NCBI GenBank assembly: GCA_028289135.1
Contig: JAQGGW010000001.1
Coordinates: forward strand, 12,018-76,017
Direction: 5' to 3'
Origin: Candidatus Saccharimonadota bacterium
GTDB lineage: Bacteria; Patescibacteriota; Saccharimonadia; Saccharimonadales; JACDBH01
DNA: 64,000 nucleotides
Shown in pieces: positions 1-9,262 of this stretch (positions are counted from its first letter, which is position 1; every line of letters starts with the position of its first letter). Below the pieces are notes generated by a model. That model was given only the letters and a program-made list of their open reading frames with translations. It was not told the origin of the DNA and ran no database searches. The position numbers were made by a program, and so were the translations under genes.

Positions 1-41
1 AGCCGCCTTTTATCGTCGAGTCTACGTTCGAAGTAGTCCAC
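1..41 (-). CDS. mraZ: MraZ transcriptional regulator, 5' end (runs off window)
   Basis: GTG at 41 gives MDYFERRLDDKRRL, resembling the MraZ/AbrB-fold N-terminus (LDxKxRL); SD-like AAAGGA at 53-58; GTGGG repeats upstream. Confidence 0.75.
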   Translation of the reverse strand, partial: MDYFERRLDDKRR

Positions 42-117
42 CTGTCTGCCGGTCCTTTAGTGTTAATTTGTCAGTGGTTTTTGTGTTTTTGTTTTATGGA
101 TAAGTCTATTTTTGGCT

Positions 118-176
118 TACCCACGATTACCCACTAGCGACAGCATACTACCCACACTTACCCACGTGCAAGTATA
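118..176 (-). promoter_or_regulatory. mraZ promoter with MraZ-type direct-repeat boxes
   Basis: GTGGGTA x4 on minus strand (118-124, 128-134, 149-155, 159-165; spacing 10/21/10); -10 TATACT at 171-176. Confidence 0.7.
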
Positions 177-207
177 TTATGCTGAGAAATGCCTCAGTTC
201 AATCCAC

Positions 208-216
208 TTATCCACA
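208..216 (+). promoter_or_regulatory. DnaA box
   Basis: Perfect TTATCCACA; one-mismatch boxes near 95-103 and 236-244. Confidence 0.55.
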
Positions 217-309
217 GTTTTACTGATCACCCTGCATATACACAACCTGTGGTGTATTGTGGGTTAAACGCTACGCTATGGGCGGTGGTATAAGTATTAG
301 TACTTTTAG

Positions 310-446
310 AGTATTTACTCCCATTGCCCTATGCCTTGGAAGTTTCGGCACATTGATTTAGCCGCTGGAGACAGTTTTACGCTATTAAATCACTGTACTA
401 AAACCTCCCATGAACCCTCACTTTATAGCTAAAAACTCTGTAAAGC
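310..446. repeat. Palindromic intergenic element, family B, copy 1
   Basis: Aligns over about 135 nt with 22395-22532, with identical 25-mer GAGACAGTTTTACGCTATTAAATCA and 15-mer GGCACATTGATTTAG; interrupted hairpin. Confidence 0.85.
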
Positions 447-497
447 TTATATTTTAGAAAATTTGTAAAAAACGCACCTTTAGGATAAAGTTAGCTC

Positions 498-908
498 ATG
501 AAAGTTGGAGATTTTGGCGGCGAATGGAAGAGCCAACAGATGGAATGGCCTCTGATTGCATCCCAAATACGTACCGTGCACTTTGAGCCAGCACATACAG
601 GACTTGTAGCCGTGCAAAGTATAGCCGAGGAAGATGGCACGGAATTGTCAATGCATTTGCGTTATGATGAAAATCATATAACTCTTACCGGGACTTGGGG
701 CATAGACCATCCTCCCGCAGAAGGCGCTAGTCATGGTATTTATTCTATCGGAGCATTACATCTTGCAAGAATAGGTTGGGATCAAACTTCGCAAGGTTCA
801 TTCAGTATTTTCGAAGGCATATGGACTGGTTCTATTGATTTTAGGCGCCGCCGGATGGATTCAGGAAGATTTATTCTACGGCAGTTGCCCTACGATATTT
901 CACAGTAA
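498..908 (+). CDS. hypothetical protein
   Basis: 136-aa ORF filling the gap; TAAAGT 6 nt before ATG; no recognised motif. Confidence 0.55.
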   Translation: MKVGDFGGEWKSQQMEWPLIASQIRTVHFEPAHTGLVAVQSIAEEDGTELSMHLRYDENHITLTGTWGIDHPPAEGASHGIYSIGALHLARIGWDQTSQGSFSIFEGIWTGSIDFRRRRMDSGRFILRQLPYDISQ

Positions 909-918
909 GTAAGCCCAT

Positions 919-2181
919 TTACTCCGAAGATTTAAGATGTGCAATTTGTTTAGCCCACCACTTGGCGCTGGGCCTAACGGTGCGTTTCATGTTGTTTTCG
1001 CGGTTCACATGTACCAGTCCAAAGTTTGGCCACCAGCCAAAGGCCCATTCAAAGTTGTCCAGCAGGCTCCAGTGCATGTAGCCAATCAACTTTACGCCTG
1101 CTTTGCGGGCTTTAATCAGCGACAACATCGTCTCTTTTAGCCACCACTGGCGGAACTCGTCTTTACTGTCGGCCACGCCGTTTTCGGTTATCATAATTGG
1201 CTTGTGGTAGCGCATCCATAGTTTGGTTGCTACTTCGCCGATACCGTCCGGTTCCATATAAAATCCCAGGTCACTCTTTGGCTCAAAGGGTTGGCTAATC
1301 TTAAAGCCGTCAAAATAGTTCGTAAAGTAATAATTAAAGCCAATAAAGTCGTTGCGGCGCTTGGTGCGGTCATAAAAGAAATAATTGCCAAACTTGTCGG
1401 CCATTTTTACGGCAATTTTGCTGGTTAGTTTATCTGTTTTGGCGACGTTATTGGCCATTTGGTAGGCGGCGCTTACCTGGATGTCCGGGTTAGCCTTTTT
1501 TATAATCAAATATGTCAGTTTGTGGATTTTAATTAGCACAAAAAACATTCTGAGTCTTTGCCATAGCGGCGCTTGCGGCGGTACTGGCACTCCGGCGTTC
1601 CACTCTGGGTAGGTAATATAGATGTTTGGCTCATTCAGGGTTAAAATAAACTTTACTTCATCCTTAAATTCTTCAGCCACCTTGCTAGCAAACCGCAAAA
1701 AATAGCCCATGTTAGCACTGCGCGCATATGCGCCCTTTTCTTCGAACCAAACCGGGTGCGTCCAGTGCCAAAGGTTCAAAACCGGCTCAATCCCCCGCTT
1801 TTTAAGCTCTGCCACGTAGTTGTGATAATGGTCAAACGCGCCTTTATCCCACACTCCCTCTTCGGGTTCTACCCTGCTCCACTCCAGCGTAAAACGGAAA
1901 GCGTTAAGGCCAAGGTCCTGCATAATGTCAAAGTCTTCGCGGTATTTGTGAAAATGGTCCACGCCCTTGCCGCTAACGTAATTTTCTGGAGTTTTAGCCT
2001 CTGGTGGAATCTTGATCCGTTGCCACTCTGGCAGTTTGGCCATCCGCGCCTCTACGCCGTTAGCCAGCTCCTTAGCATGAGCCAACTCCCAAACAGTCCA
2101 CTGGTCATAATTGCCGCCCTCAACCTGGTGCCCCGCCGTTGAAGCCCCCCACAAAAAATCATCATCGAATAGTTTAGCCAT
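919..2181 (-). CDS. glycoside hydrolase family 1 (beta-glucosidase-like)
   Basis: FLWGASTAGHQVEG, TLNEP acid/base, ITENG nucleophile, WSLLDNFEW. Confidence 0.95.
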   Translation of the reverse strand: MAKLFDDDFLWGASTAGHQVEGGNYDQWTVWELAHAKELANGVEARMAKLPEWQRIKIPPEAKTPENYVSGKGVDHFHKYREDFDIMQDLGLNAFRFTLEWSRVEPEEGVWDKGAFDHYHNYVAELKKRGIEPVLNLWHWTHPVWFEEKGAYARSANMGYFLRFASKVAEEFKDEVKFILTLNEPNIYITYPEWNAGVPVPPQAPLWQRLRMFFVLIKIHKLTYLIIKKANPDIQVSAAYQMANNVAKTDKLTSKIAVKMADKFGNYFFYDRTKRRNDFIGFNYYFTNYFDGFKISQPFEPKSDLGFYMEPDGIGEVATKLWMRYHKPIMITENGVADSKDEFRQWWLKETMLSLIKARKAGVKLIGYMHWSLLDNFEWAFGWWPNFGLVHVNRENNMKRTVRPSAKWWAKQIAHLKSSE

Positions 2182-2249
2182 TAGCACTTATTGTACCAGA
2201 TCAAGCGGTGATTGTTATTTAGTGTGATTAGTTTTATAATATACTAAAT

Positions 2250-2930
2250 ATGATCTCTGTTGAGTGTGGAGAACACGATAGCACTGGTTTTGCTGATTTA
2301 GAAGAAGCCATTTCCCTTGCCAAGGCGCAGGGTATTTCGAATGCAAAAAACGCGATTAGTCCTGATTTGCTGTGGGATCTTCACTCTTTTGCGCAGATGG
2401 TTGCAATGGGAGCTACAGACATACTACCAGGCGTTAGGCCTTCGGTGGCTGGGCTCGCACATTTGGCCGTTCATTCAATCGACCCATCCCAGGTATCGGG
2501 CGGCGTTAGTAAAGTGCTGAAAGGGGCTGAGGCAAAAATACAGCTAGGTGCCGGCGAGAGCCTACCACGATGGCGACCAACTAGCAGCCTTACTGGAGTT
2601 CGTATGGTGGCAATGACAGATGGTGCTAAATTTTACCCCCACACTGATGACTACGAAGGGCTAGTAGCCTCCTTACAGATTGCGGTAGATGACAAAAAGA
2701 TCATGAACGCCAAGGTAAATGGGTCTTGGGAGACTGAACAGATCGTTAAAGGAGACATAACATTTTTTGGTTGTGATACATTCAGTGCACAACCACGCGT
2801 TGAACATGGTTTTACTTTTTCCGGCCTTCTAGCAGTTGCTTTTACCCTGGGTCAAGATCCTTTTTACACCATTTCTGGTAACTATCCGTCTCAAAGAGAA
2901 CACCCTGAGTTCTTCGTAGATATTCAGTAA
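2250..2930 (+). CDS. hypothetical protein, possible 2OG-Fe(II) oxygenase/cupin-like fold
   Basis: HxD (PHTD) ... GDITFF ... EH pattern. Confidence 0.45.
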   Translation: MISVECGEHDSTGFADLEEAISLAKAQGISNAKNAISPDLLWDLHSFAQMVAMGATDILPGVRPSVAGLAHLAVHSIDPSQVSGGVSKVLKGAEAKIQLGAGESLPRWRPTSSLTGVRMVAMTDGAKFYPHTDDYEGLVASLQIAVDDKKIMNAKVNGSWETEQIVKGDITFFGCDTFSAQPRVEHGFTFSGLLAVAFTLGQDPFYTISGNYPSQREHPEFFVDIQ

Positions 2931-2931
2931 A

Positions 2932-3249
2932 TTAAACTAATACTAAACGAAAGTTATCAGATGCTACACGCAAACCTGTATCTTTGATATACTCCAGTTT
3001 CTTTTCCGATGACGAATCTCTTAAATCGCGCGGTAGACGTGAATTCAAGTAATAAAATAGGTCTGATACTTCAACTTTACGTTGATTATCTTCAATAGGA
3101 ATAATGCCTACTCTTTGCCAAACATCACTTTCAATATCTTCGTTAAGCTCAAAAACAAACTTACCATTAAAGCTGATGGTTCCGAATTCCTTCTTTAAAG
3201 CATCGTTAACCAACCTAAATTTTACAAGAGTATGAGCTTCCTTATTCAT
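2932..3249 (-). CDS. HipA-kinase partner (HipA N-terminal-like domain)
   Basis: DLFYYLNSRLP ... TGLRVASDNFRL resembles small proteins adjacent to HipA-like kinases. Confidence 0.55.
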   Translation of the reverse strand: MNKEAHTLVKFRLVNDALKKEFGTISFNGKFVFELNEDIESDVWQRVGIIPIEDNQRKVEVSDLFYYLNSRLPRDLRDSSSEKKLEYIKDTGLRVASDNFRLVLV

Positions 3250-3256
3250 AAGCCAA

Positions 3257-4222
3257 TTATAGCATGCTCAGTAGTTCGTCTCTTCGAATAATAATGGAAC
3301 GTATTAGTAATTCTTTTCTATTAGTTGAATAATCTAACTCTTTCGCGTTCGGCATCTTAGCTATTGCTTTTGCAATCTCCATTAAAGAGGCTTGTCCAAG
3401 AGGTAGAACTGCTTTTTTAAATCGCTTACCCCATTCAGTATTTTCAATGATGTTTTGTCTAATTACCTCAAATACATTGCATTCATTCCCATCCGTATCT
3501 TTCAGGAATGAATAATTAGCACCAAATATATACTTGGATCTAAAGAGGTCTTCATTGGCTAAATATTCCCCGATCTTTCCTTCCGATTTAATTTCAAACA
3601 TCAGACTGCTGCCATGGTCATAAAGTGGTACAAAATGCCGTTTTTCAACAAGAGTGTTCTTCCCAAAAAGTAACTGCTGGCGATACTGCAAGTGCTCAAC
3701 AATCCCCCAGTTCTCATGATGTCGATCCATATTGCCAATGATTGCATCAAATACTATCATTTGAGCAAAACTTTGCAATAAGTCTTCTGGTGCGTAGTAC
3801 TGTTTTCGAATATCTGTTTCTATTTGACTTAGTGTAAGAGCGTCAGATGCAGTTCCGACAATTTTTGCCCCATATACAATTTCTTCATCTTTCAGGAATA
3901 TGTCCCGAGCCAGTGTACCAATTGGTTTCCAGTCACTAGGCAAATACTTACCGTAATTGCCCTTCAGGATCTTTATCATATTAGTTGAGGCTTTTTTAAT
4001 CACTACTTTCTGTATTGGTATACCGAATATCTCGCCCAAATGACTAGCTAAGCATTCTGCCCAGACCTCCCTAGAATTATGAGAGTAAGTCTTAAAAAGA
4101 AATCTTTTTCCTGTAATTGCATGCTCTAGCGTGACCCTTGGCCTACTACCTCCGGATACTTGGATTCTAATTGTGGGTTTGTAACGTGCATGGTCTATTG
4201 TCTCTAAAGTAAAGTGTTTCAT
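3257..4222 (-). CDS. HipA-like/CtkA-like Ser/Thr kinase
   Basis: FLFK, WAECLASHLG, IGNMDRHHENWG catalytic loop, PLYDHGSSL. Confidence 0.85.
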   Translation of the reverse strand: MKHFTLETIDHARYKPTIRIQVSGGSRPRVTLEHAITGKRFLFKTYSHNSREVWAECLASHLGEIFGIPIQKVVIKKASTNMIKILKGNYGKYLPSDWKPIGTLARDIFLKDEEIVYGAKIVGTASDALTLSQIETDIRKQYYAPEDLLQSFAQMIVFDAIIGNMDRHHENWGIVEHLQYRQQLLFGKNTLVEKRHFVPLYDHGSSLMFEIKSEGKIGEYLANEDLFRSKYIFGANYSFLKDTDGNECNVFEVIRQNIIENTEWGKRFKKAVLPLGQASLMEIAKAIAKMPNAKELDYSTNRKELLIRSIIIRRDELLSML

Positions 4223-5763
4223 GCAATGATCTCTTCGCCGAAGTGTTTTTTGAGGCGGGCGCGGATGGAGCCGGGATGGCGGCCTAATAATTTGCTGAGC
4301 TTTTTAACTTCGGTGATAGAGGCAAAGAGTTTTATTAGTTTTTCGTCTTCGGTTTTGCTCCATGGTTTGTAGGCGTTTGGGTAGTCGGCACGCATTTTGT
4401 CGAGTTTTTCTTGCCAGGCACCGTTTTTTACGGCTTTGGGCTTTTCTTCTGGTTCGGGCTTTAGCTTGCGCTCCGCTTCCCTGGCAGACCAGCTTGCAAT
4501 TACATCTTGATTGTCACGCACGGCGGCTTCGCTTCGGGCACGAAGCTCGGCGTCAATCTCGCGCGCCAGTGGCGAAACACGCAGTGCCATACCGTTAAAA
4601 CCGTCTAAAATCAGGTGTTTTAGACCGCGGACACGGCTTAAAGCCACATAGCCCATGCCCTCGACAAATGCCCGCCTAAGGTCAATCCGGGCTGCATCCA
4701 GCGTCATACCTTGGCTTTTGTGCACGGTAATGGCCCAAGCTAACCGAAGCGGTAACTGCGAAAGCTGTGCCCGCCGGCGCTCACCGTCCACTAGCTCCCA
4801 GGTGTCTGGTTTTATCGTTACTTCACGACCGCTTAGCAGCTGCACAATCGGGTAATCACTGCCGGGCTCAAAGCCCACTACTGTCCCGAGCGAGCCATTT
4901 ACATATTTCTTTTCCTGGCTGTTTTTAATGCACATCACAATCGCGCCTTTTTTTAACCGCAATGTTTCGCTGGCCAAACATGACCGTTTAAGTGTCTCAA
5001 CATATTGTTTGCCTCCGGTTGTTTCCATCGGATACTCATGCTCTTCGCCGTCAAGCTCGGCCAAATGTTCGAGGTTAATAGTGTCCACATCGGCATTGGT
5101 CGTCAGGAGCCGTGTGCGCGGTGTAAAAGGGTCATCCACCGCTTCCCCACGCGCCGTTAGCGCGTTTAGCTGGCTCTGCTTTAAAAATCCTGCCCGGATT
5201 CCGTTTAAAATGTCAGTGTAGGCGGTGTCGTCCACCTGTCGGTATTGCCGTTCCAAATAACAAACCGTAAATGTGCCGCTAATCCAAGCCTGCGAAGCAG
5301 TTACAAAACTTCCTGCCCTGCTGTCGTGCCGGCTAACGGGCGGCAGCTGGAAAAAGTCTCCACAAAGCACCACCTGGATGCCGCCAAAAGGGCGGTCGCC
5401 GCCGCGCACAGTCCGTGCAACTTCCTCCACCATGTCCAGGCGGAAGTCGTGCAGCATGCTAATTTCATCAACTATTAAAACGTCGGTGTTCATAATGGTG
5501 TCGTGCCGCGCCTTGGAGAGTTTTTGGAAAAAACCTCGGCCCAGTTCGTCCCGGACGCCTATCCCGCTCCAGGCGTGAAGCGTGTTGCCGTTTAAGTGCG
5601 TTGCCGCAAGCCCTGTCGTGGCAGTCACGGCAATGCTCTTGCCATCCTTGCGCGCCCGGCGGATAAACTGATTCAAAACAAAGGTTTTACCGGTACCAGC
5701 AGCACCAGTCAGCAAAACTGACTGCCCCGATTCTAATATTGCTAGTGCTTCGTCCTGTGTCAT
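4219..5763 (-). CDS. PIF1/RecD-like SF1B DNA helicase
   Basis: GAAGTGKT, DEISM, GDFFQLPPV, AITVHKSQGMT, YVALSR. Confidence 0.92.
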   Translation of the reverse strand: MTQDEALAILESGQSVLLTGAAGTGKTFVLNQFIRRARKDGKSIAVTATTGLAATHLNGNTLHAWSGIGVRDELGRGFFQKLSKARHDTIMNTDVLIVDEISMLHDFRLDMVEEVARTVRGGDRPFGGIQVVLCGDFFQLPPVSRHDSRAGSFVTASQAWISGTFTVCYLERQYRQVDDTAYTDILNGIRAGFLKQSQLNALTARGEAVDDPFTPRTRLLTTNADVDTINLEHLAELDGEEHEYPMETTGGKQYVETLKRSCLASETLRLKKGAIVMCIKNSQEKKYVNGSLGTVVGFEPGSDYPIVQLLSGREVTIKPDTWELVDGERRRAQLSQLPLRLAWAITVHKSQGMTLDAARIDLRRAFVEGMGYVALSRVRGLKHLILDGFNGMALRVSPLAREIDAELRARSEAAVRDNQDVIASWSAREAERKLKPEPEEKPKAVKNGAWQEKLDKMRADYPNAYKPWSKTEDEKLIKLFASITEVKKLSKLLGRHPGSIRARLKKHFGEEIIA

Positions 5764-5834
5764 CAAATATCCTTTAGTAACAGTATAGAGTAATGCCCCG
5801 CCTGAACTTGGTCAAGAATTAAATCTACAACACA

Positions 5835-6467
5835 CTATTTCTTGGTAGGTTTTTTGTTGAAGCCTTTATAAGCTAGGTCGCGGCGCTTTTCGTCGAGCCG
5901 GATAATGTATTTGTCGAAAGGTTTTAATAGGCTCGAATATTGCCAGTTTGGCGCCAGCAGGCTGTCCAGCTTTTGCTGCTCCACAAGGTATTCAACCAGG
6001 CCAAAGAAGTCCCCGTCCCCTGATACAACGACGGCTTTGTTATAATTTGGCATTTCCTTAACGGCATAGAGCACCAGCTCGGCGTCAACATTGCCCTTTG
6101 TCGCCGGTTTTTTATCTTCGGGCTTTTCGGTATGAGTTTTAATCCGCTCGGCAAGGTCAGCTTTTTCTTGGTCGGTTGACTGTTTGGCAAACATTTCGAG
6201 CGTTGGTTTTAATACAATCAAATAACCAAGGTCATGCATCTGGTCATACAGCTTTTCGTTGTCCGGCAAATAGCCAATAAACATATAGGCTTTCTCGACG
6301 TTGTGAACTTCTTTTAAATACAACCGAAACCGTCGCCAGTCCATTTTCCAACCCATTTTTTGGATTCCAAGGTTCAGGTTTTGGCTGTCAATAAAGGCGT
6401 AGTTGGCTTTAGCGGGCTTGGGTTGCTGCTTATTCTGCGGTTTTTTATTTCGCCGGAACGGTTTCAT
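5835..6467 (-). CDS. NYN domain (LabA/DUF88) protein
   Basis: FIDSQNL, KGNVDAELV, VSGDGDF. Confidence 0.88.
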   Translation of the reverse strand: MKPFRRNKKPQNKQQPKPAKANYAFIDSQNLNLGIQKMGWKMDWRRFRLYLKEVHNVEKAYMFIGYLPDNEKLYDQMHDLGYLIVLKPTLEMFAKQSTDQEKADLAERIKTHTEKPEDKKPATKGNVDAELVLYAVKEMPNYNKAVVVSGDGDFFGLVEYLVEQQKLDSLLAPNWQYSSLLKPFDKYIIRLDEKRRDLAYKGFNKKPTKK

Positions 6468-6487
6468 TTGTCTATATCATACCATCT

Positions 6488-6982
6488 TTAGATTTTGCGT
6501 GAATCGTAGGCCCAATGAAGTAGTGCTTGGCGCTGACGACGCCGGCAAGTTAAATCCCCCGGCATACAGTATTTCTTAATCTGGCCTGCGTGCCGGCGGA
6601 TGGCTTTCCAGCGTTTTATTTGGCGCTGATCTTCGGCCGGGATTCTCCGCCCCAAATAATAACGGCAATACCACTGGAACCAGCCGCGCGGATCGTCGTC
6701 GTATATCCAGCCTTTTGCTTGCCAAACACTCAGCGGCTGGCTGGCAGCAACTTCGAAAAAGTTCAGCATTGGGTCGCCGACTGGGCTCAACCTAGCATTT
6801 TTTGTCCACTCGGCCGGAAACTCGTTGTAACTGTCAAAATAATGCCCGTTAAACACACCTAGCTCAAACATCTCCTGAGGTGTTAATTCGGGCTTAAATT
6901 CAGCATTAAAATTTTTGCCTACAGGTTCAACCAGATCATAGGTATAATCCTGGAACCTATCTGTTACGTGTACTTTTTTTAT
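6488..6982 (-). CDS. conserved hypothetical protein (start uncertain: ATA at 6982 or ATG at 6871)
   Basis: FKPELTPQEMFELGVF, DPRGWFQWYCRYYLGRR, RQRQALLHWAYD; frame open upstream of the first ATG. Confidence 0.75.
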   Translation of the reverse strand: MKKVHVTDRFQDYTYDLVEPVGKNFNAEFKPELTPQEMFELGVFNGHYFDSYNEFPAEWTKNARLSPVGDPMLNFFEVAASQPLSVWQAKGWIYDDDPRGWFQWYCRYYLGRRIPAEDQRQIKRWKAIRRHAGQIKKYCMPGDLTCRRRQRQALLHWAYDSRKI

Positions 6983-6986
6983 ATAC

Positions 6987-7412
6987 CTAGACTCCCATAA
7001 AACCGATGATTAGGGCCATGACAAGCAAAGTTACAAGTTCATGACCGGCATTCACAACAGTTAGCAGCTTACGGCGCTCTTCAAACGTGTCATGCACATA
7101 TAGCCTAGTGGCTGTAAAGCCAAGCCATAACCATGCCGCGGTACTTAGCGCGTCAATAAGGTAGCTATGACCAAAAAACCGGTTACTTAAAAAAGCGACA
7201 TGTGCCAAAATATAAGCCGTAACAAGCGAAGCTACAAAAACTGACCCATACATCCATGCCATTTTGCCAGCGCTAGCGCCTTTGCCCATTTTTGATTTTG
7301 TCATCTTCATCCAGCCATTGCCAAACACCTTAGGCGCGTACCAGATTGACCCTACGACCATACTCGAAACAGCAGCCAGCACCACTGCTAGCCAGTTAAT
7401 TTCAACACTCAT
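6987..7412 (-). CDS. DUF1761 family membrane protein
   Basis: INWLAV...GSIWY.PKVFG..W; 4 TM; SD AAGGAGG. Confidence 0.85.
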   Translation of the reverse strand: MSVEINWLAVVLAAVSSMVVGSIWYAPKVFGNGWMKMTKSKMGKGASAGKMAWMYGSVFVASLVTAYILAHVAFLSNRFFGHSYLIDALSTAAWLWLGFTATRLYVHDTFEERRKLLTVVNAGHELVTLLVMALIIGFMGV

Positions 7413-7508
7413 ACCATTGCCCTCCTTTGAAGAACATTATTATAAGCCTGAGTATGCTCTTAGCTTTTAGTTTTGTCTATATATCATTTCTTAATGCGGT
7501 GGTTCCCT

Positions 7509-8225
7509 TTAGATCGGTAATTCCATGCTCCATATCCTGAAAAAATGAAGCCCTTCGCTGATTCGCGGTGCTTCCGGAGCTGCTATCTCAGTTTGTTCGG
7601 TGCCTTCCTGCGGCTTCCCGGAAATTTCAGCATCTTTGGCCGCTTTCTCGGCCAACTTTGCTGCTAGTTCGGCTGCCTTTTGAGCCTCTGCAATTATGAG
7701 TTCGTGGTCGCCTATTCTCTTCCCGGAAGTTTTGCCTTTTATTTCCAGCGGCTCCCATGGGTATGTCACCCAATTCCCAAAATCTGCTGCATGAAGGTCT
7801 GGACGGCGATAAGGGATGTTAGCCTCATAATGTATTACTGCTGTCGTAACTGTGCGAACGCCCCTTTCAAGAAGCAGAAGCTTTGTCTCAGTCATGGCAA
7901 TACCTGTACGCCAGGCGTCTTTAACAAATAGTGCATTAGCACCTGCATTTTCATCCGCAACTTCTCTCATTCTGTCTTCGTCGTCTTGTTCTGGAAGCAC
8001 ACGAGGAAGACCAAGCCCCAAAACGCTGGCCAACATGTTAGCGGTAAATACAGAACTAAATCTAGGGATTGTTAATACTGTATCAAATCTAAAACCATCT
8101 CCTTGTTGCGCTGCATACTTCTCCGCTTCCTCCCCTAGATGAAGAATTGCATCATGAATACTGAAGTAATTCTCGGTGTATTCTATTCTTTGCTTAGTAG
8201 GAACAGCTTCACCAGGTGCGGCCAT
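7509..8225 (-). CDS. diverged type I phosphoribosyltransferase-like protein
   Basis: TIPR, ALFVKDAWRTG (degenerate PRPP loop), TAVIHY...PD...WVTYPWE. Confidence 0.6.
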   Translation of the reverse strand: MAAPGEAVPTKQRIEYTENYFSIHDAILHLGEEAEKYAAQQGDGFRFDTVLTIPRFSSVFTANMLASVLGLGLPRVLPEQDDEDRMREVADENAGANALFVKDAWRTGIAMTETKLLLLERGVRTVTTAVIHYEANIPYRRPDLHAADFGNWVTYPWEPLEIKGKTSGKRIGDHELIIAEAQKAAELAAKLAEKAAKDAEISGKPQEGTEQTEIAAPEAPRISEGLHFFRIWSMELPI

Positions 8226-8290
8226 TGCATTTTTCCCTATTTATAATGTAAGTATAAGCGCTTTAAAGAATTGGTCTATTGTGCTTTTGT

Positions 8291-9154
8291 CTACGCCGCA
8301 AATGCAAAGTGCTCATTGCGTGCCTTTATTAGATCATGCCAATGGTCAGGAATAGGTGGAAGTGGCTCCGCTTTACTTCTTTCATTTGCTTCCATATGTT
8401 CAAAATACTTAGGGTGTGTATTAAATAGCTGTCTCATGTACCAAATCCGTTGCTCATCACTTTCCATTTGATTTTCATACCTAACCCACTTATCTGCCAG
8501 CATTCTAAGTACAATCCCACTTACTGGTATCCCGTTTTCCTTTGCATATAATGCAGTCTCAAACCAATTTGCTCCCTCTGGCATATTTGGAACTACGTTT
8601 CCAGATACTGCTCTTACTGCTTTGTCTTTGTCTCTTAGATCATCAGCAAACAGAAAGTTTTTCATTCCTTTCATGTCTGCTTGTTGTGGGGTAGACCAAA
8701 TCTCCACATCAGTTAACGCGTTGTCGAATTCATCATAACCATTCGTTTGAGCGGAATTAATATGTCCAATAACTCTGCCCGTATCGCTTCTGGTGGTAAT
8801 CATATAGCCTGCTTCTTGCCCCAATACTAGACCACCTTTTGCAATCGGTATTACCATGTCTACCGGCGGCAGTAATAGTTTCAGACCTTGCATAAGTAGA
8901 CGTATGTCACGTTCTACGACCCAGTTAGGTGCCAGATATTCAATTTTTCCTTTTTGATTTTCTACAGGGTATAAACCACGTTCAGTGCCTTCGGGATAAG
9001 TTATAAGTCCTTCCGGAAATAAGATAACCCCATCAGCGTACGCAGGAGGCCGCAGGTTTATGGTACTGGTTTGCGGTACTAATAATCTTTGTTCTGAAGT
9101 TTCAAAAGAACTATTACTTAAAGGATTTCCGTTCGCCGCGAGTAATTCAGCCAT
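8291..9154 (-). CDS. diverged type I phosphoribosyltransferase-like protein
   Basis: VIPIAKGGLV, FLFADDLRDK, TALYAK...KWVRY; SD AAGGAAGG before ATG 9154. Confidence 0.55.
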   Translation of the reverse strand: MAELLAANGNPLSNSSFETSEQRLLVPQTSTINLRPPAYADGVILFPEGLITYPEGTERGLYPVENQKGKIEYLAPNWVVERDIRLLMQGLKLLLPPVDMVIPIAKGGLVLGQEAGYMITTRSDTGRVIGHINSAQTNGYDEFDNALTDVEIWSTPQQADMKGMKNFLFADDLRDKDKAVRAVSGNVVPNMPEGANWFETALYAKENGIPVSGIVLRMLADKWVRYENQMESDEQRIWYMRQLFNTHPKYFEHMEANERSKAEPLPPIPDHWHDLIKARNEHFAFAA

Positions 9155-9262
9155 ATATCCCTTCCTTAAAATAGAAGTATAAGCAAAAAGACTGCAAAGC
9201 ATTAACAAAATGTATTGTGCTTTTGTCTACGTGACCTTAAGCACAACGATACTACGATTTTT

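Noticed and set aside
95..300. Replication origin
   Set aside because: Only one perfect DnaA box, no dnaA/dnaN in the window, and the region is explained as the mraZ promoter.
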